From positions 593,689-657,688 of the forward strand of contig NMRA01000223.1 of NCBI GenBank assembly GCA_002633005.1: 64,000 bases of DNA, read 5' to 3'. Under the pieces are notes generated by a model that was given only the letters and a program-made list of their open reading frames with translations, was not told where the DNA came from and did no database searches. Shown in pieces: positions 56,396-64,000 of this stretch (its first letter is position 1; every line of letters starts with the position of its first letter). A program made the position numbers and the translations under genes. Source of the stretch: Phoronis australis (taxonomy: Eukaryota; Animalia; Phoronida).

Positions 56396-58337
56396 AAAAT
56401 TTATAACTGTTTTCGAATGATAATTTGTCGCATCTCGGACTGGATGCCGCCATAGCAACGAGGACACTGAGGAATCAGGCTTCGGCCAGCCAGGCTGTGT
56501 TTTCATGACTATGGGTTGAAGCGCGATGAATTTTTTTAAAAAGGACAGGGCCCTCAATCCCTCAATTTTGGGGCCAAATATCGGCCCTATTCCCCTCTCA
56601 AAAATATTGAAAAATCACACGAAATTCCCGGCCACGAGGCCTAAAAATCCCCTTTGTGATTGAAAATTTCTCTCCAACGGTTCAAATCACCTGTGACCAC
56701 AGAGGTGACAATTTGAAAAAGTACAAAATCATAGGCTGCCGCAATTAAAATAAACCAGCAAAACGTGAAGCGGGAGGATCGACTGAGGTAGGACCGGTAG
56801 CGGACGAGGGAGGAAAACACGTTCCGTTTTATTTTTTTTAGTCCAACGACAGATTTCCTGAGCAGAAGGTATACATCCTCGGCGCCCGCAACTTCCGGGC
56901 CGCCTGCGTGCATACAATCGCGCTTTGCCCGCTTCTTCGAGGATGTCGGCCCCCCGCCCCCTCACTAGGCCTTTATCAGTGGTATCCTAGATCAGCCACT
57001 GAAAATGCTACTTGAGACAGAGCTATGAGAGCTTGCAAAAGGGCGGAGTGCTATTGACTGTGATCGGGAGGTCAGTAGAGTTTTCACTGACTCGTCACTC
57101 GGCGAAACGTTCCCCTATCAGAAGGCCGCACACACATGAGGCACCTTTCCCCTCGGATATGAACGAGGCCTCTGAAGAAACATGATAACTATGCTTGCTC
57201 TAGGGGGGATCCAGGACTTTGAGTTGGGGGGTGGGGCAAGGCAGAGTATTAGCCCGTACGAAATTCGCGCTCCCGGCTGAACTGCCAAATGGAATCTGGG
57301 AGAACTTTAGGGGGGGAGGGCTGGGTCATAGCCCCTTGGCTCCCCTCTAAATCCGCCACTGTGTTCTGTCCAGTTAACTGAAATTGAGCTCTAAAACGAG
57401 GTTATGCTTTGGACGAAAGAATTAGGTGTTTTAATTTTAAAATTCAACTTGGTCGAGATTGATATTTGAAAAATATAACACATGAAATAGACGTAATTAT
57501 TAAAACCAAGAAAGCAGAATTGATGGTCATATAAATTTTATTTTCAATTGCGAGCCTAGTTTTTCATCGTAATCAAAATATACATTTAATAACATTAAGT
57601 ATTATTTCAGATCAATGACAAATCAACTGTTAGTCCCGGTAGTGCCTACCTCAACAGGACCTAGGCTATGCTTGAAGCTAATAGGCCTACTCTTGATCAA
57701 CAAATTAAACCAGATGAGACTAATTGCACATGACAGCAAAATGCTATGAGCCACCACTGTCGAATATATCTTCAACTCGTCAACAATACAACCAGATGAC
57801 CTGATTCGTGTAGAAAGCATTTTTATGAACGATTTATTAGAAGAAACGTAACCGTGCATTCAGCAGAATACCTAGTAATCCGTAACACTACGATCGCCGC
57901 AATTTGGTTATGTTTACTTTTCATGTTTCGAACCTAGTTTTCCGGAAAAAAACTATATCCTTTCGTCAGACAACTCTTTGGTGCATTGACTTGTTCTTTA
58001 ACTGTATTTTTCTACGTCTCTGTGGTTAATTATTGACACATTTTTTAAGATTTAATATTCAGGTTGGACTCCAAAGACCGGCCATTTAACTCACGCAATG
58101 TAAATTTCCGCTTTGTTTATCGCAGTGAGCCTCGCTTTCAGTTGGATTTTAATGTCCGCCGCGTGAATTGGGTCTATAGCGTAGATGGGCTATCTCACTA
58201 TAATTCGGTAACATACCGTACGGTATAACACTTGTCAACGCATAGAGATTGTTGGGCCGTCGTAACTCAAGCCTGTTTTCATATTTTTTTTTAACAAATA
58301 ACAACATTAAAGCAGTCGCTGGTCCATTTTATAACAG

Positions 58338-60115
58338 GTGTTCCAGAGTCGTCAAGATGGGTCTGTTGATTTCTACCGCAATTGGGCTGTCTACAAAGCT
58401 GGATTTGGCAACCTTAGAAAAGAATTTTGGTTAGGTGAGCAATTTTTGGGTTTCTTCTGACACGCGTCTCATCGAATACAATTGCGTCTCAAACTGTGAT
58501 TGCACAAAATGAAAAGGTGACTATTATAATAGCTTAAGACTGAAGAAACGGTTCAGGACAAAATATTAGATAAAATACATCAATATGCATTTCATTAAAA
58601 CATTCTTATTTTATTCTTCTTTAAGGAAATGACAAGATTCACCGGTTGACCAGCCAAGATGCTTATAAGTTACGAGTTGATTTGGAAGACTTCGAAAATG
58701 AGAAAGTTTACGCTGTGTATAGTGTTTTCTTTGTCGGGCCTGAGAATGATAAGTATAGACTACTAATTGGCTCCTATTCTGGCAACGCAGGTAAACACAC
58801 CTAGACTGCATACTTAGTATTTCTTCCAAATGTACAAAACGTAATATGACGTAACCTTCAATTCTATTACAAGTGGTAGCAGTTATGAGAATAATGATGT
58901 CAATAAGGCCAAAAATAACAAAGTTACTTTAGGTCTTTAACTGATTGATTTTGAGACCGAGCTTACCGACGAAAAACACCAGCCTACTGTATATCATGGG
59001 CCGTTCTGGTGTAAGTGTCGCCTGTAGTCACGCTCGTTATTATGACCGAGACTTAGCTCGTGTCTTACGACCGGATTCGTTACATCCTCTGAGAAATTGC
59101 ATATTATTCTACTCTCGTATTTTTCGCTCGTAACTTTACGTTCGTATTTTAATGCTTGCAATCTTGAGGCTCGTATTTTTGCGCATTTTATGAAGTGTAC
59201 AGAAGGTAAAATCTTAGGTGCACAATACATAAGGGCAAAAGATATCAAAGACTGAAATTTCTTAGCTGTCCTAGCCACTCCCGGTCATTTGAAAATGGTT
59301 CGTTTAGTACATGTATCTATTGAGGTGCCAAAATTTATTTCTGGAAGGTTTTCTGACAATGCTTACATGTATATCCTATTTGTTGATGAAACGCAAAATC
59401 TTGAAAGATAATGTTTTGCATCGCGTCCCTGTAGAACTACAGTAGTTTAATGAGTTTTAACGGAAAATAAAACGGGTCTAGAATATGTTAAAGATAACTG
59501 AACATCAATTATATCAAACCTCGGTGAGACAAACAGACAAGAGCGTATACAATGAAAAGTCTCACGTAAAGTAACACGGGAAAATTGCATATGGTCCAAA
59601 ACTCATGATCAAAGAAGTTTTCACTATTCCATTCGTACATGTAATTTCAGTTTTTATATTCTAAAGCATGAGACGTAATTCACTAATACGCAGTGGAATG
59701 TGAATAGTCTTGACTGTAAATGATGACACGAATCACTTTGGAAGAATATTATCTAGTCTGGTTTATGTGAACTGTGTAGGCGAAGTGAAAATTCTATTAT
59801 TGAATTTATTTGATTTAAAATCATTGAATTAGTTACGTTTCAGGAAATGCTCTTTCCTGGCACAACAGTCGATGCTTCTCCACCAGGGACAGAGATAATG
59901 ACCGGAGTAGTTCACACTGTGCTGTTACCTATAAAGGCGCGTGGTGGTACAACAACTGTCATTACTCCAACCTGAACGGTCTGTATCATCACGGTAAGCA
60001 CAAGTCCTTCGCAGACGGAGTCAACTGGAAACCGTACAAAGGCCCCAACTACTCTATGAAGAGAACCAGTATGAAGATAAGACCTGTCGGATTCAATTCT
60101 AGTACATGTAACTAA
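58338..60115 (+). CDS. Fibrinogen-related domain protein (ficolin/tachylectin-5/FIBCD1/MFAP4-like); 3' exons only
   Basis: Exons 58338-58434 ([33 protein letters not shown]), 58626-58790 ([23 protein letters not shown]) and 59844-60115 ([37 protein letters not shown], stop TAA). Phases are compatible; AATAAA at 60159. 5' exons not located. Confidence 0.9.
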
Positions 60116-61670
60116 ACTAATGGTGTTGACATGTACATGTAAGCAGGCCACATATGGAAATAAATGATATCACCAGGAGTTTGGCATTCCGGCAGTTTGC
60201 TCTATGATTATTACTACATGTTATTTCTGAACTTGTTTGAACAACGGACTTGATGCTATGTTGTAGATTCAAAGTCCATGGTTTGAGCCGATGTGAGGTG
60301 CTCGCTATACACTAAGTCAAACTCCGAGGTTTTTTAATTGTAAAATTTCACTTAGTATAAAATTTGTATTTTATATTCTCGCCATTGACATTTTGAAAAT
60401 TTTATTCTTACGTTATATTAATGTGACAAGCATGTATCGTTTGAGTCTGCTTCATCTACGGGTAAATCGTTGTCGGCCACATTTGGGCCATTCCATTTTC
60501 AAGATGTGCATAAAATATAATATCAAATGACTGAACGTACTTACTGGAGGGCGGGCAGTGGGAACAACAAGGCTCCAATCAACACGGTTCACAGGCACAA
60601 TAATCTCAGGTTCACCGGCACCCTCGTAAAGGTATTGTAGCATCCTAGAAAAATGTCCAACTCTGGCTAAATTCAGAACATCATATCTCAGAAATGACTG
60701 ATCGTATCCTTATGAAACTTTCAGGTACTGTGTCACGTGCACTGTTAGGAATAGCTTTTAAAATGTTCATTTTTTCACGAAGAGCTATCAGAAAAATTGA
60801 ACTTTAATTATTTTCGTGAAAAAAACTCATAAGTTGCATAAAAGGAAAGCGAAATGGTATTTTAGAAATCTATTACATCGCTTTTAGGATTTCATCATGA
60901 ATATTCATATTACATGAGACTTTCATTTCTTCGTTATGGATATCGTTTATTTGGTATCAATGTAGGTTTCTTTTTGACTAAATTTTATTAAAAATATGTG
61001 GTGTGCATGTATGTTGGAAGCAAATTTTACATTTTCGTTTTTAAAGTCCTGACATTAGGTTAGGGTTTTATGCACTGTTATCCAAAAAGCTGATAGGAAT
61101 TGCTTTTAAAATGTTCCACTTTATTAGGAGAGGCTATCAAAGATAGGACCTTCATCATTTTTATGAAACAATTCAAATTTTCCTACATACATGTAACCTT
61201 AACATGGTGCTGGACTCGCAATACACGACATACATGTATAGGAGGGTACGATGCCCCAAACAGTTCATCAGCTCACAAGCGAGTCTCTGGGCTCCCAAAA
61301 ATGACCATCAACCACGGTTAACGATCTACATCCGTGCATAGGAGCATCTGGAAATACCTTTTTGAGGAGCATGTTATGTAGCTTTAACCAGCCTACAGCA
61401 ACCCATGTAAAAACACCGAAACATTGATTTGTTTAAAGCGCCCTCGTCACACACGTGGCATCTTCTAAATAGCCCCAATACAAGTCCACAATAAACGTAT
61501 CAAACTTAGGCTCACCGATCTGTTCATTGGATAACGAACTGTCCTTTTCACTGTGTCAAACTGGGCCTGTAATCACTCCCACCACTCAACATCGCTGCAG
61601 GGCTGCTTACAGGCTCTGGGCTAGAGACAACAGCACACGGGGAATCACTACTAGTTCCTGGAATTGCACG

Positions 61671-62337
61671 CTATGGGGTACGTTCGGAGGCATGACAGTA
61701 GATGAAGTGCCTCCAGTCACTGTATATAGTGGCCACAGCTCGCGAGGCTTCTCGCTTCAAAAAAACCGCATTTCTCGGGGATGGCGACGGGGCACTGCCG
61801 GGAATCAACAGCGACCGTATAGAACCTTTCTTCAGGCGTTGTTTCGCAGGGACCTTCATCAATTCAGCGTACATATCTCTGTCGTAATCTGACTGCTGAA
61901 AATGCTTGTTACTGCTTTGTACGTAGCGTGAACGGGTAGCGCTGCGTTCTTTACACGAGCGAGCTAGCCAAGTACGGCGAAGTGTGTCATCCTTCGGAAA
62001 GCGATGTAAGGTACCCAAAGCGCGTGTGAGACGATAATGAGTACATCCTGGTACGCAGCAACAGTGTGGCATGTTGACTGACTCGTAAACAAAAGCAAAC
62101 GACAACCGAACTTATCACAATCGAGGTAGAACAATGAGTGACTCGACTGCTTTCACAGTCAGACTGTATGAAAAGAAATTGGCGCGAAATTTTTACCTCC
62201 CAAAATGTCACTTCCGGAGTAGAGGACGAGAAATTAATTAAATTACGAAAAGCTGTAATTAAGTGAAAAATATGTCTGGGATAATCAACAGACCTTGTTT
62301 TTGCTAAAAGTGACATGAAAAAAGGTTGCCTTCGCCT
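61671..62337 (-). mobile_element. Kolobok-like transposon end carrying a THAP zinc-finger ORF remnant
   Basis: ATG at 62072: MPHCCCVPGC..LHRFPKDDTLRRTWL..KHF..RLKKGSIRSL is a THAP domain lacking the third Cys. Terminus GTTGCCTTCGCCT|TTAA at 62337; homologous end at 41339. Confidence 0.75.
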
Positions 62338-62634
62338 TTAAAGTTCAATGAAATATAATCATCTTATAAGATTTGTTTATAATTAACAAAAATCGTTTAT
62401 GAATCAAGATATCACACCATTTTCATACACACATATACATGTATCAAGCAATAACGTACTATACGAGTTTCGTGTCCAAGTTTTCAACGGGTGACCCACA
62501 GATTCGAACTACAAACTCGAGTAAAAACTCGAGATTTCGAGTAACAACTGGAACTTATGGCCTTATTGGTGGGGTCACCAAGTGCAAAGTAGGATAAAAA
62601 AGTCTCCCTCACAAATCATGGTGTAATCGACATA

Positions 62635-62855
62635 GACAGTGTGGCTCAATTGTTAGAGCTCCGGACTCCCGTCTGGGAGACCCCGGTTCGAATCCTGGCT
62701 TTACTGGCTGACAAAAGAGCATTGGACAAAGGTGTCTTCTACATGTACTCCTCGGAGCTCCCTCGTTCTATTGAATGTATGGAAGGGAATGATTGATAAC
62801 CTGGATATAATGCGAAAGCGATTTCCGGGGTTGTAAAAAATAGACGCCTATCTTC
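62635..62855 (+). mobile_element. tRNA-derived SINE
   Basis: Pol III A box TGGCTCAATTG (62642-62652) and B box GGTTCGAATCC (62685-62695). The acceptor stem is not complementary and the sequence continues into a non-tRNA body; the 3' end is approximate. Confidence 0.7.
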
Positions 62856-63749
62856 AGTTCCCACAAAAATAGAACCGAAATGTCAAAAAACATTTCGAAG
62901 TCGACTTTGAGTACAAAGATTAAACCACTGGTTCAGTTTTAGCTTTAAAATTTGTACGTTAAAAGCTTTAAGGCCCGGGATTTTCGTTTACGATTGTCGA
63001 TAAGTTGAACTACCACAAAATCTGCTGGTAAAACGTAAAGGTTATTATAAACATTATCACTCCTGAAACTTTAATAAGCAAAACAAGACACCAACATGGT
63101 TTGATACATGTATATAATGATTCTATGGTAACGTTTTTCAAAAGTAATAAAAAGTAATCGGCCGTTATGACTAGGCTATCGGGTCTTGTGCTCAAGCAAG
63201 CCTGCCAAACTTCCGATTCCCGTCAATGCCATTATTCATTGTAGTTTTTAGTNGGGGGGGGGGGTGTCAGATCCAACTTCAACTGTCAAATTCGGAACAC
63301 GGCGCAATCGTAACGAAACTAATGGCTAAGTATAGCCTCTCCCGCGATATCTCAGGCGACCGGCAGTGGCGTTGGGCACTACGACTCCGTTTCCGTCGTC
63401 TGCTTCACTGTGCAATGTAGAAAATTACTTCATTTTTAAAGAAAATGGAATCTGAGTGATGGTGAAAAAAACAGAAGCTGATGGTAAGATGTGAATTTTA
63501 ATCGAAGCCTTAGTGAATCACTCAGAACTCAAGACGATTTCCAAAGCAATCGCGTCATTATTGCCTACCAAAAAAAACGGATTTGGTCTTTTGAGCAATT
63601 GAAGACTATTTTAAATACAACAAATTTGTTTCGAACTTATTGCACAAAACATAAAACATGTAATAAGCATTACAAAAAGAAGGAGGTTTCGCGCAAACGC
63701 TGTGGACCATAAACAAGTAGGTCTCTTAATATCAAATTAGTAGTTAAAT

Positions 63750-63810
63750 CGTGGTGGTGCAGTGGTAAAGCACGCGCGCTATGTCCGCTTAGTCGCGAGC
63801 TCGAGTCTAA
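63750..63810 (+). mobile_element. Degenerate tRNA-like SINE head
   Basis: A box TGGTGCAGTGG (63755-63765) followed by a degenerate B box GAGCTCGAGTCT. Confidence 0.4.
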
Positions 63811-64000
63811 GGTACTTACAGTTTTTTCTGGCTGACACCGTTTTTTGCCTTTTTTCTTGGATAATACTTCGGGAATCAAGGAAAATGCTTGATTTTTAGA
63901 GGAAAAACAGAAAATTTTCCTGACCGGCCGGCCGACCTCCCCCCATTCGGTGCTATGTGCATCTACAATCGTGCCTTGAGCAAATGTATACAGACAAAAT

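Noticed and set aside
62635-62700. Genuine tRNA gene
   Set aside because: A and B boxes are present, but there is no paired acceptor stem and no oligo-T terminator long enough to be convincing; better explained as a SINE head.
63253-63264. N followed by a poly-G run
   Set aside because: An assembly ambiguity or homopolymer, not a biological feature.

Overview
Eukaryotic, intron-rich, AT-rich DNA, most likely from a non-vertebrate bilaterian animal (inferred from gene content, intron sizes, abundant TACATGTA motifs and transposon types). I reconstructed four protein-coding genes by hand from splice sites and reading phase. (1) A + strand MFSD4/NaGLT1-like MFS sugar transporter (~4310-7487). 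(2) A + strand 2-exon pannexin-type channel gene (14487-17411, ~807 aa) with chordate-pannexin-like rather than innexin motifs and a very long C-tail. (3) A - strand, 25-coding-exon secreted/lumenal GH31 alpha-glucosidase (35409-17603, ~1037 aa) with four N-terminal trefoil domains and one GC-AG intron; it is tail-to-tail with the pannexin around back-to-back poly(A) signals. (4) The last three exons of a fibrinogen-related (FReD) gene (58338-60115). The 36-57 kb interval is gene-poor and packed with DNA transposons: two ~3.5 kb copies of a decayed ISL2EU-type element, Kolobok-like elements with THAP remnants, and an Academ-like foldback. Elsewhere there are a decayed hAT, several MITEs, tRNA-derived SINE heads and simple repeats. 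No prokaryotic systems, rRNA or CRISPR arrays are present. All family assignments come from motif recall, not database searches.
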